Shown here: positions 14,228-23,265 of the stretch, in pieces
How the letters are laid out: each line of letters begins with the position of its first letter
How positions within the stretch are numbered: position 1 is the first letter of the stretch
Source: Proteobacteria bacterium bin106
GTDB taxonomy: Bacteria; Bdellovibrionota_B; Oligoflexia; Oligoflexales; Bin106
Direction of reading: 5' to 3'
DNA: 64,000 bases
NCBI GenBank assembly: GCA_002238945.1
Contig: MPNI01000012.1
Coordinates: forward strand, 2,805 to 66,804
Program-made: the position numbers and the translations under genes
The notes under the pieces: generated by a model
Databases searched by the model: none
What the model was told of the DNA's origin: nothing
What the model saw: only the letters and a program-made list of their open reading frames with translations

Positions 14228-15124
14228 CTATTCCTCTACTTTTTCTACCTGATCATAACTCAACTCCACAGGAGTTTCGCGACCAAGTATACTCACCAAC
14301 ACCTTCAACTTCATTTGATCCTCTTTTACCTCATCAACAACACCGTCAAAATTGGCAAAAGGACCATCAATCACACGAATAACCTGGTCTTTCTCAAAGG
14401 CATGCTCACATACCACCTCACCTTCTAGATCACCATCTTCTTCTTTGGGAGCACCAAGGAAATGCAATACATCTTTATCACTCATGGGTTTAGGATGTTT
14501 ATGATTACCCAAAAAGCCCAATACGCGAGGAGTGCCAAGAACTGTTGCTAAGGTTTCATCAATCAATTCCATTTGCACAAACATGTATCCAGGAAAGGAC
14601 GTTTTTTCTACCTTCTTACGACCGCCTCCCTTAAGCAACTTATCCACAGTCACCTTAGGAACTACAATCTTGCTAAAAAATTTTTCATGCTCCAACCGCT
14701 TAATACGGTCTAAAAGATTGAGACGAGCCGAATCCTCCGATCCCGCATAAACACTCACAATATACCAACGAAGACGTACATCTACGAGAAGGCTATCAGC
14801 AAGAAAATGATCATCGCTAAGAGGCTCCTCAGATGCATCAAGAGCCTCTGCCACAGAAAGATCAGCTTTCTTTTTTGACTTTCTTTTGCTCTTTTTTCCT
14901 TGATCTTGCGAAGGGGTATTGTCTTCAACCTCTTCAGCTTGTTTCTCTTCAGCTTGGTGCTCTTGAGTCCCTTTCCCTTGAGAAGCTGTGCCTTCTAATT
15001 CAGCACCGATTACCTCAGCACCTCCAGCATGAAGCTCCTCGGCAAGAGGGACGTCTGTCATATTTGCTGTATTTTCTTCAGATACGTTTTCTTCAGATAC
15101 ATTTTCAGATTCAGACACATGCAC
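14228..15124 (-). CDS. nusG: Transcription termination/antitermination factor NusG with ~115-aa acidic N-terminal extension
   Basis: RWYIVSVYAGSE, FPGYMFVQM, KOW motif VIDGPFANFDGVV, VSILGRETPVEL. Confidence 0.97.
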   Translation of the reverse strand: MHVSESENVSEENVSEENTANMTDVPLAEELHAGGAEVIGAELEGTASQGKGTQEHQAEEKQAEEVEDNTPSQDQGKKSKRKSKKKADLSVAEALDASEEPLSDDHFLADSLLVDVRLRWYIVSVYAGSEDSARLNLLDRIKRLEHEKFFSKIVVPKVTVDKLLKGGGRKKVEKTSFPGYMFVQMELIDETLATVLGTPRVLGFLGNHKHPKPMSDKDVLHFLGAPKEEDGDLEGEVVCEHAFEKDQVIRVIDGPFANFDGVVDEVKEDQMKLKVLVSILGRETPVELSYDQVEKVEE

Positions 15125-15148
15125 TCCATATTTCAGATCTTTATGATA

Positions 15149-15532
15149 TCAAAGCATCAGAATCTGTCTGAGAGCCCAAGACCAGCCAAGATCAAACAAT
15201 CCAAGAACTACCGAAAAAAAAGCCACCACAAGCACGACAATCCATGTCATTCGTTTCGTATCAGGCCAAGTGGGCCAAGTGACTTTACGCAACTCAGCAA
15301 TCACTTCCTCATGATACTCACGACGACCAGGCTTGGATACATATCGCCATACAAAAAAAGCTCCACCCACACAGCCACCAACTGTTGCAGCAATCTTGTA
15401 CCAGCCTACATATCTCTCCATCCAACCACTAAATATTCCAATGGTTTGAATAATCTCATAGCCAAGATAAAAGGCCAGCAAAAACCAGCACAGATAAACC
15501 ACATTCACCCAATATCCATCATCTTTTATCAC
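15149..15532 (-). CDS. secE: Preprotein translocase subunit SecE
   Basis: EVIAELRKVTWPT followed by a TM helix; directly upstream of nusG. Confidence 0.95.
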   Translation of the reverse strand: MIKDDGYWVNVVYLCWFLLAFYLGYEIIQTIGIFSGWMERYVGWYKIAATVGGCVGGAFFVWRYVSKPGRREYHEEVIAELRKVTWPTWPDTKRMTWIVVLVVAFFSVVLGLFDLGWSWALRQILML

Positions 15533-15645
15533 AACAAACCTTACTTAGCTTACTTACTTACTTACTTACTTACTTAACTCTGCTCACTTACTCTGCTTAA
15601 CTCACGTAAACAACCGCGTACCACCACAGAATCACCAAAAATCAG

Positions 15646-15719
15646 CAGGCGCGGAGGGATTCGAACCCCCAACCCGCTGATTTGGAATCAGCTGCTCTAC
15701 CAATTCGAGCTACACGCCT
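15646..15719 (-). tRNA. tRNA-Trp (CCA), 3' CCA not encoded
   Basis: AGGCGTGTAGCTCGAATTGGTAGAGCAGCTGATTCCAAATCAGCGGGTTGGGGGTTCGAATCCCTCCGCGCCTG folds as a cloverleaf. Confidence 0.95.
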
Positions 15720-15739
15720 AAAATCACCAATAAAATCGA

Positions 15740-16933
15740 TTACTTGACGATCTCAGAAACAACACCCGATCCCACCGTACGACCGCCTTCACGAATCGCA
15801 AAGCGAATCCCTTTATCCATAGCAATAGGCGCAATAAGTTCCACTTCCACATCCACATTATCACCAGGCATCACCATCTCAACACCGTCAGGCAACTTAA
15901 TAGAGCCGGTAATATCAGTGGTCCGAAAATAAAATTGTGGTCTATAACCTTTAAAGAATGGCGTATGTCTACCACCCTCTTCTTTTGTCAGAACATAGAC
16001 CTGACCTTTAAAATGCGTATGAGGAGTTACCGAACCCGGCTGAGCCAAAACTTGCCCCCTTACCACATCCTCTCTTTTAAGACCTCGCATCAGCAAGCCC
16101 ACATTGTCACCAGCCTGGCCCTCATCTAAGAGCTTACGGAACATCTCAACACCCGTGCAAGTGGTAGAAGTGGTATCTTTAACACCAACAATCTCCACAG
16201 TATCACCTACTTTAATCACACCGGTTTCCACACGGCCTGTAACAACAGTTCCACGTCCAGAAATAGAAAATACATCCTCAATAGGCATCAAAAATGGCTT
16301 CTCTGTATCACGCTTAGGTGTTGGAATATACTCATCACAAGCAGCAATAAGCTCGACCACCTTCTTAGCCCATGGATCATCAGCTGAATTCGCATTCAAT
16401 GCATTCAACGCAGAACCCTTCAAAATAGGCGTATCATCTCCTGAAAAATTATAAGACTCAAGCAACTCTCTAACTTCCATTTCCACAAGCTCCAAGAGCT
16501 CTTCATCTTCAACCATGTCACATTTATTCAAAAACACCACAATCCTTGGCACACCCACCTGACGAGCAAGTAAGATATGCTCTCGTGTTTGAGGCATCGG
16601 ACCATCAGTAGCTGCAACAACAAGAATGGCACCATCCATTTGTGCTGCACCTGTGATCATATTTTTTACATAATCCGCGTGACCCGGACAGTCTACGTGA
16701 GCATAATGGCGCTTATCCGACTCATACTCAACGTGAGAAGAAGATATGGTAATCCCTCTGGCTTTTTCTTCCGGTGCCTTATCAATCTCATCAAATGCCT
16801 TCGCTTCACCGCCATGAGCTAAAGCCATAATTTTAGTAATAGCTGCCGTAAGCGTCGTCTTACCATGATCTACGTGACCAATTGTTCCAAGATTGACATG
16901 GGGTTTATTACGTTCGAATTTTTCCTTAGCCAT
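15740..16933 (-). CDS. tuf: Elongation factor Tu
   Basis: [46 protein letters not shown]; start set at ATG 16933. Confidence 0.99.
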   Translation of the reverse strand: MAKEKFERNKPHVNLGTIGHVDHGKTTLTAAITKIMALAHGGEAKAFDEIDKAPEEKARGITISSSHVEYESDKRHYAHVDCPGHADYVKNMITGAAQMDGAILVVAATDGPMPQTREHILLARQVGVPRIVVFLNKCDMVEDEELLELVEMEVRELLESYNFSGDDTPILKGSALNALNANSADDPWAKKVVELIAACDEYIPTPKRDTEKPFLMPIEDVFSISGRGTVVTGRVETGVIKVGDTVEIVGVKDTTSTTCTGVEMFRKLLDEGQAGDNVGLLMRGLKREDVVRGQVLAQPGSVTPHTHFKGQVYVLTKEEGGRHTPFFKGYRPQFYFRTTDITGSIKLPDGVEMVMPGDNVDVEVELIAPIAMDKGIRFAIREGGRTVGSGVVSEIVK

Positions 16934-17468
16934 TAATACCTTCCTCCAACAAAATAATACAGGCCAAACCAGCATGAATGATCACACTCTAACTCCCTAT
17001 AACAAAGCAAGCTAAAGCACATCGTCTATCTTTTCTCAGTTCCCTACTCACGCCTTTTTAACAACGGTTATCTACAACGGTATATTTATATGCGTTTATC
17101 TCACTTACATGATCTATGTGTGTGATTTATTAATTGTCTTCTTTATTTTCTTGTTTTTACTTATTTTTGAAGCCTTATTTCTCTTTCTCTCTTACTTATC
17201 CTTATCCTTATCTCTTCTTTGCTCTCACTCTTAGCTTACCCGCTCTTCTGCTCTTCTACGTCTTATTTTTTGCTACGTCTTTCTTTCTCTTTCAGATATT
17301 TTTTACATCTTGAAACATCTCACTCTAGTGCATTTCCATACACACTGTTATCGCTCACTAAATGCTAACAAACATTGCTAACAAATATAACAACACAAGC
17401 CACCAAAGCAATCAGATAGTCTCACGAGTGACTCATCAGAGGCCAGTGGGAATGAAGATAACCCATTA

Positions 17469-17507
17469 CGTAGCTAACTGTCGTAGCTAACTATCGTAGC
17501 TAACTAT
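17469..17507. repeat. Short tandem repeat, CGTAGCTAACTRT x3
   Basis: Read directly in the tRNA-Thr to tuf spacer. Confidence 0.85.
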
Positions 17508-17698
17508 GTGCTGTTTTCCTTGTTTCTTCTTGTCTTGCTCCTTGCTTTTTTTGTTTCTCGGTTCTCGCTCTGCTTTACGCACCAACCACACATTAAGCAA
17601 CAACACTACCTTACTATAGCAGATTATACCAGTGTCATAACCACTTTGGTATATAAACTCACGATGTAGCTTACGACCAATAGGCCGTAAAATAGAGG

Positions 17699-17773
17699 TG
17701 GAGCTCAAGGCGGGAATTGAACCCGCGACCTCACCCTTACCAAGGGTGTGCTCTACCACTGAGCCACTTGAGC
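17699..17773 (-). tRNA. tRNA-Thr (GGT)
   Basis: GCTCAAGTGGCTCAGTGGTAGAGCACACCCTTGGTAAGGGTGAGGTCGCGGGTTCAATTCCCGCCTTGAGCTCCA. Confidence 0.96.
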
Positions 17774-17861
17774 TTAACCACAAGAGCCAACACCCTCAAC
17801 ACACCTGAAAAATTATCACTCAATCACTCAATATATCAACCTCAAAACCTTACACAGAAAA

Positions 17862-17938
17862 TGGAGCGGGAGACGGGAATCGAACCCGCGACCCTTAGCT
17901 TGGAAGGCTAATGCTCTAGCCAGCTGAGCTACTCCCGC
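17862..17938 (-). tRNA. tRNA-Gly (TCC)
   Basis: GCGGGAGTAGCTCAGCTGGCTAGAGCATTAGCCTTCCAAGCTAAGGGTCGCGGGTTCGATTCCCGTCTCCCGCTCCA. Confidence 0.96.
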
Positions 17939-18037
17939 ATATCAAAGCCACATTCTCCAAACTTAACCAAACTCAACCAAACTCAACATCCACCCAAAAA
18001 ACCTCATCTTACATAAGACAAGAGCATACCTAATATA

Positions 18038-18123
18038 TGGTGGGGGGAACTGGATTCGAACCAGTGTAGCGTAAACGCAACGGGTTTACAGCCCGCCCCC
18101 TTTGGCCGCTCGGGCATCCCCCC
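18038..18123 (-). tRNA. tRNA-Tyr (GTA)
   Basis: GGGGGGATGCCCGAGCGGCCAAAGGGGGCGGGCTGTAAACCCG, long variable arm, GGTTCGAATCC, ends ACCA. Confidence 0.96.
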
Positions 18124-18312
18124 TTTAGCTATCTGATTAGCTATATATCACCCCTTCTTTTACTCAATGACTCAGGCTTCACTCCATTCAGCAAACACCA
18201 CATCTTATTCACTTTTATCTGGCTTCTCTTTTATCTGGTTTCTCTTTTATCTGGTTTCTCTTTTATTTTATCTATCTTAATACCCTAAATCCTAGACAAC
18301 ACATACACATAA

Positions 18313-18388
18313 TGGAGCTGGCAAAGAGACTTGAACTCTTAACCTGCTGATTACAAATCAGCTGCTCTACCAATTGAGCTATGCCAGC
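18313..18388 (-). tRNA. tRNA-Thr (TGT)
   Basis: GCTGGCATAGCTCAATTGGTAGAGCAGCTGATTTGTAATCAGCAGGTTAAGAGTTCAAGTCTCTTTGCCAGCTCCA; canonical Thr-Tyr-Gly-Thr-tuf order. Confidence 0.96.
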
Positions 18389-18506
18389 ATAATTTAAGGA
18401 ATATCAAGAATCTGGATAAAACTTATGCCTTATATTCATTACATTCATTATATTCATATGAGATATCAAAAGACCATCAAAATATAGCAGACTTACAGCC
18501 GTTATT

Positions 18507-18660
18507 TATCTGCTATCTGCTATCTGCTATTTACCTGCTATCTGCTATCTGCTATTTACCTGCTATCTGCTACTTCCTAACTTTTCATCAAGCTTATTGT
18601 TCCTTATTGTTGTTCCTTTTGTTCCTTTTGTTCCTTTTGTTCCTTTTGTTCCTTTTTGTT
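18507..18660. repeat. Short tandem repeats, TATCTGC x~8 and GTTCCTTTT x5
   Basis: Read directly upstream of the tRNA cluster. Confidence 0.85.
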
Positions 18661-18836
18661 GTTCATTCTGTTACTTTTGCTCGCTATTGCTAAATTCATA
18701 ACACGTGCCACAACATGCAGCGAGATACTCTGTGTCTTCTGTGTCTATAGGACATGAGAGCAAAAGATGGCAAACAAAAGACACTTGCTTGCTGCACGTG
18801 TTACCACATTGACCACACAAGCCATACCCACTCACA

Positions 18837-19928
18837 CTACCTACCTACCAAACTATGCATTAATATACCCGCTGCTACAGCAACATTCAACGAAGAAGTA
18901 CGATTATATTTCCCAGGCACCTGCACCATTCGATCACACACTTTCTCTACTGCAGAAGATATACCATTGCCCTCAGAACCTAATACAAGAACGGTTTTTT
19001 CATACTGACCACACACCTCAACACAATCTTCTCCTGCCATATCTCCTCCCAACACCCAATAACCTTCTTTTTTGAGTGCTCTTAAACATCTTGCCAAATT
19101 CACCACCTCCACAAGCTGCACATATCCCAATCCACAACGAGACGAACGCACCACAGCCGGACTAACAAACACCTGTCGATCTTTAGGCAAGATGATCTTA
19201 CATATACCAAAAAAAGCGGCTGAACGAATAATCGCACCAAGATTACGCGGATCTTGCAAATGATCCAACGCTAAAACCACATCGTTATTTGAAGATGTCT
19301 TTAAAGGATGTTCTACTGTATCCGTTAACTCACTACACACCTTCACCACAACACGCCCAAAACAACCTTTAAAAGGAATCCAACCTTCACCACGATCAAC
19401 ACTCTGTTGAGAGCTCATCACATAATCTTCACCATCATGCAACCACCTCACAGCACTCACAAAATCCTCACCACTCAACACATCCACCACAGGAGGAGAC
19501 GATGTTTGCTGATCACGGCTTTCTTTAAGAAGATCTTTGAGCTGGCCAAAATACTTCTGACTCACAAGAATATGACTCACATGCCCATAAGGAGACAATA
19601 TATACTCTCTCAGATCATTCATACTATGAATAGAAAAAGACACAGTATCTCTTGAAGTCCTATCTTCACAACTGCGCACGCAGAATGCTTTCATCACAAG
19701 CCCACGACCAAATGCAGCTTCTCGAGGTTGTCTTTCCTTCAAACCACCCACCTTTTTGTCATTCTTATCACTCCTCTTTCCATAGCTGTTGTTTTCACAA
19801 CGACTTTCATAAAAAGGCCCTTTTACACCTTTTGATCCAGCACGGTTTTTTCTTTGAGAAGATCTTGGCTTCACTAGAAACTTTCTTCTTAAATCTCTGA
19901 AATAGAAAAAATAATAGATAACATACAT
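18837..19928 (-). CDS. rlmB: TrmH/SpoU-family RNA methyltransferase, RlmB-like (start uncertain)
   Basis: LDHLQDPRNLGAIIRSAAFFG, LVLGSEGNGIS, SLNVAVAAGI. Confidence 0.85.
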   Translation of the reverse strand: MYVIYYFFYFRDLRRKFLVKPRSSQRKNRAGSKGVKGPFYESRCENNSYGKRSDKNDKKVGGLKERQPREAAFGRGLVMKAFCVRSCEDRTSRDTVSFSIHSMNDLREYILSPYGHVSHILVSQKYFGQLKDLLKESRDQQTSSPPVVDVLSGEDFVSAVRWLHDGEDYVMSSQQSVDRGEGWIPFKGCFGRVVVKVCSELTDTVEHPLKTSSNNDVVLALDHLQDPRNLGAIIRSAAFFGICKIILPKDRQVFVSPAVVRSSRCGLGYVQLVEVVNLARCLRALKKEGYWVLGGDMAGEDCVEVCGQYEKTVLVLGSEGNGISSAVEKVCDRMVQVPGKYNRTSSLNVAVAAGILMHSLVGR

Positions 19929-19943
19929 GACACATTATGGATT

Positions 19944-19990
19944 ATTTCGGCAGGCACTAATTTCGGCAGGCACTAATTTCGGCAGGCACT
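19944..19990. repeat. Short tandem repeat, AATTTCGGCAGGCACT x3, spanning the matrixin stop codon
   Basis: Read directly. Confidence 0.9.
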
Positions 19991-20740
19991 GCCAAGACAA
20001 CCATAAATCTGATGCAATCTTTTGATATCGCCCTCAGATAGAACAGCTTCAATAGGATCTTTGCTCAGAATGACTCCATTAAGATCCATATCAATGGGGA
20101 AGGCAGCATGCATAATAGAGTGAGGATCTTCAAAAACATCCACATGGCCCAGTCCTAAAAAATGACCCATCTCATGCAAAGAAATATGACCAAGACTCCA
20201 AAGACTTCTCCGATTAAAATACATATCCGAAGTATGAAGCACCCCTCTTTCAAGATCATCACCCACCAGAGTCAATCTCATGGGAGTCGTTCCCGCATAA
20301 AATGCTGCCTTCTCGTCCCATTTCTCAAAGTTAGCCACATACATAACATTTTTCATATCCTTAAGGCTCATGCGAAACTCTTTTATGTAATCATTTCCCT
20401 TATCATCAATGCGCCCCTTATAATCAAACAGATCCTGACCTGCAGCATCCTCCCACATCTTCATACTATTACGTAAAATAGCCACGTGTGAGTCATCAAA
20501 TTCAGAGGAAATATATATGGGAATAGGCAAGCCATCTAACCAGCCATCGGTAGCTAAAATAGGCCGTTCTGAAGTATAACCTTCCACAGAAGTCCGACCT
20601 TCTACGCTAGATACATCCGTGTTACGCAAAAACTCAAAAGGATCTTCATAAGCAGGAGTTTGCTTTTTAGGAGATCTCTCAATGGTACATCCCGCTATGA
20701 TCACAGCAAGCACAATACATAGTACGTTAAACATGAACAC
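19973..20740 (-). CDS. Matrixin (M10-like) zinc metalloprotease, lipoprotein
   Basis: Lipobox IIAGC; HEMGHFLGLGH; Met-turn SIM. Confidence 0.88.
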   Translation of the reverse strand: MFMFNVLCIVLAVIIAGCTIERSPKKQTPAYEDPFEFLRNTDVSSVEGRTSVEGYTSERPILATDGWLDGLPIPIYISSEFDDSHVAILRNSMKMWEDAAGQDLFDYKGRIDDKGNDYIKEFRMSLKDMKNVMYVANFEKWDEKAAFYAGTTPMRLTLVGDDLERGVLHTSDMYFNRRSLWSLGHISLHEMGHFLGLGHVDVFEDPHSIMHAAFPIDMDLNGVILSKDPIEAVLSEGDIKRLHQIYGCLGSACRN

Positions 20741-20790
20741 CCACCAAACGCTTATTCTATATCAATTATAAGAACTCTTCTTAAAAACCT

Positions 20791-21669
20791 TTACCTTAAA
20801 CCCATAGATTGAAGGCGCTCCAATTGCCTCATCACACGATGAATGTGACATGCCGCCCCAGCACAACCATAAATCTTTTGGATCCGTATCACATCACCTC
20901 GAGATAACACAACTATGTCAGAAGAATGATTCATCTCTGCTTGCATAATAGAACGAGAATCCTCAGATGAGTTCATATGACCAAGCCCTAAAAAATGGCC
21001 CAACTCATGTATTACCACAGCCCTTAATATTTTATAATAATCCCTTCTTTCTGCTTGAGATAAATCTCTGCTATGAATATGTCGAAAAAAGGCACCATTT
21101 AAATATATATCCCCTGCCATAACCCAAGGACCATACATCTGAGAAAATCCTCCCTGAGATACTTTATAGCCTTCAACAGATATTAAGGCAGCCCCCTGCC
21201 TTTCAAATGCACCATGTGCAAGATGACGCCTACCTGCTAATAAATCCGTAAAAGCTAACACATTACGCCCATCTTTTAGCTGACGATCACGATCACCAAA
21301 AGTATCTTTTTTCGTTCTAAGCACTCCTTGGATAGTTATCAATTTTTTACCCGTAGCCATCTCCCAAGCAGCTATGCTTTGCAAAACAATGGTTCTATGT
21401 ACGCCAGAAATTTCTGAGGACAGATAGATCTTAACCGGAAACTCCTTCCAGCCCTTAGCAACCAATATCCCATCTTCAGCGGTCTCGGCATGTTCTCCAA
21501 ACTCATCAGAACCATAAGCCAGAAGACGATCATGGTCTCTATCAGAGTGACTATCTTGCCAAGAAAACAGACCCACACAACCACAAGACAATAAACATAC
21601 AACCACAAAACTTATGACTGCCACCACCATACCTCTATTCCCAAAAAACCACTCACGTTGACGACACAC
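20791..21669 (-). CDS. Matrixin (M10-like) zinc metalloprotease, tandem paralog
   Basis: Hydrophobic N-terminus with Cys; HELGHFLGLGH; SIM; C-terminal IYGCxGxAC shared with its neighbour. Confidence 0.88.
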   Translation of the reverse strand: MCRQREWFFGNRGMVVAVISFVVVCLLSCGCVGLFSWQDSHSDRDHDRLLAYGSDEFGEHAETAEDGILVAKGWKEFPVKIYLSSEISGVHRTIVLQSIAAWEMATGKKLITIQGVLRTKKDTFGDRDRQLKDGRNVLAFTDLLAGRRHLAHGAFERQGAALISVEGYKVSQGGFSQMYGPWVMAGDIYLNGAFFRHIHSRDLSQAERRDYYKILRAVVIHELGHFLGLGHMNSSEDSRSIMQAEMNHSSDIVVLSRGDVIRIQKIYGCAGAACHIHRVMRQLERLQSMGLR

Positions 21670-21750
21670 CCGCTAAAATGATTGAATATACATAGTTCTC
21701 ATCAAACCATCTAACAGCCGCCTGATAACCCTGTCTCTAAGATAAAAACT

Positions 21751-22680
21751 ATGCTGTATATTCCCATAGAAGCATTGCAGGCATTTGGCAAATATCTCCA
21801 TAGCTGTGGCAAATTGTCTTCAACTATCCACTGCTACAGCTACGATATCGCTCACTTTCTACAATGGCTCTCTGATTACAGAAAGCCTTGCTACATTGAA
21901 GATTCTAACGATATTCAGCATTATCTCGACGATCTACGCACAAACTATAAACTTTCCCAAAACTCACTGAGAAGAAAGCTTATTTCTATAAAGATGTTTT
22001 TTAACTATCACTGCGCACAACTCCGTCCAAGCATGACACCTCCCACAGAACACATCCCCATTCCACCACGAGATGATTCTCTTGAAGATGTACTAACACC
22101 TGAAGATATTGAAAAGCTCTTAGCCAGTACCACCTCACCGGATAACAGCTATCGCTCTTATCGTGATCCCGCATTGATCGCACTGCTCTGCTTTGAAGGC
22201 ATCAAATCCTATGAACTGATTTCACTTAAATGGCAAGACCTGAACACACATAAACATCCAAACCAGCACATTACGTTTACTATCCGTATCAGTGGAGCAC
22301 GAAAACGCTGCATCGTTCTTTCACAAAATTCCAGTACGTACGTACAAAAGCTTAAAGAATATACCAGCCAACATCCAACATTCTCTAGCCCACAATCACC
22401 ACTCTTTTGCCCCCTACAAGGCAAAAGCGCACTGCCAAGACACTCTAAAATGTCAAGACATGGCATCAAGTTTATGCTCTATGAACGAGCCAACACCATC
22501 CACATAGAAACACTCCATTCAGAAAAACTCAGACACTATGCCATCACCTACCAATTAGCCAAAGGACATAGTAGCTACGACATCCAAAAACACCTCGGAG
22601 TGAAACGCCAAGAAAGTATTGCAAGACATATACGTCAACAAAAAAGATGTGCTGTCTCATACACCTCAGCGTTGTCCTAA
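21751..22680 (+). CDS. XerC/XerD-like tyrosine recombinase-fold protein with degenerate active site
   Basis: N-terminal SAM-like domain (STIHCYSYDI..F, NSLRRKLISIKMFF), RDPALIALL..GIKSYELISLKWQDL, KLRHYAIT, IQKHLG. Confidence 0.85.
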   Translation: MLYIPIEALQAFGKYLHSCGKLSSTIHCYSYDIAHFLQWLSDYRKPCYIEDSNDIQHYLDDLRTNYKLSQNSLRRKLISIKMFFNYHCAQLRPSMTPPTEHIPIPPRDDSLEDVLTPEDIEKLLASTTSPDNSYRSYRDPALIALLCFEGIKSYELISLKWQDLNTHKHPNQHITFTIRISGARKRCIVLSQNSSTYVQKLKEYTSQHPTFSSPQSPLFCPLQGKSALPRHSKMSRHGIKFMLYERANTIHIETLHSEKLRHYAITYQLAKGHSSYDIQKHLGVKRQESIARHIRQQKRCAVSYTSALS

Positions 22681-22715
22681 CGAACGGCCATAACGAGCTA
22701 TCACAAGCCCCCACT

Positions 22716-23246
22716 ATGCAAAAAACTATGCAAGAAGATCTCTTTTGGATGAACATAGCCCTCTCTTTGGCAGAAAGCAGCTTAGCATTTGCCAAAAGAT
22801 ACCCACATAGCACAGCTGATATTCCCATCGGATGTGTTATAACCCGCGAGCATCACATATCATCTTTGAATAAAGCATCACAAACCCTAATCACAACAGC
22901 TAGTAATCACAAAGAAAACAGCCAAAACCCACTGCATCATGCCGAAAGCATGGCCATCCAACAAGCTGCCACCATACTCCAACGCTGGCGCCTCTACGAT
23001 TGCACACTCTACACCACTTTAGAGCCCTGTGTGATGTGCAGCGGTGCCATTATCAACGCTCGTATCAAACGCGTGGTATTTGCTGCTTTTAGTCCCAAAA
23101 GTGGCGGATTAGGCAGTCTCTATGATCTTGCCAAAGATCATAAGCTCAATCACTCACCAAAAGTAATATCTGGGCTAGAAGAAGCCAGAGGAAGCAAGAT
23201 ACTCACAGAATTTTTCGCCCTTTCTCGACAAACAAACCATCTTTGA
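22716..23246 (+). CDS. tadA: tRNA adenosine(34) deaminase TadA-like nucleoside deaminase
   Basis: IPIGCVI, HAE, WRLYDCTLYTTLEPCVMCSGAI, LNH, C-terminal FF; likely start 22716 or 22728. Confidence 0.88.
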   Translation: MQKTMQEDLFWMNIALSLAESSLAFAKRYPHSTADIPIGCVITREHHISSLNKASQTLITTASNHKENSQNPLHHAESMAIQQAATILQRWRLYDCTLYTTLEPCVMCSGAIINARIKRVVFAAFSPKSGGLGSLYDLAKDHKLNHSPKVISGLEEARGSKILTEFFALSRQTNHL

Positions 23247-23265
23247 AAAAAGCAAACATATCACA

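Noticed and set aside
15646..15719. tRNA-Trp lacking encoded CCA as a pseudogene or recoding signal
   Set aside because: The cloverleaf is intact, CCA can be added enzymatically, and TGA is used as a normal stop (for example rpoB and rplJ).
17487..17911. ORFs of 98 aa and 64 aa
   Set aside because: They overlap tRNA-Thr and tRNA-Gly and are translation artefacts.
19944..19990. Tandem duplication inactivating the matrixin gene
   Set aside because: The 16-bp repeat creates the TAG, but a single-copy version would stop only two codons later (SACRNNP*).
21751..22680. Prophage or ICE integrase marking an integrated element
   Set aside because: No phage or conjugation genes, no att-like tRNA duplication, housekeeping neighbours, and a degenerate active site.
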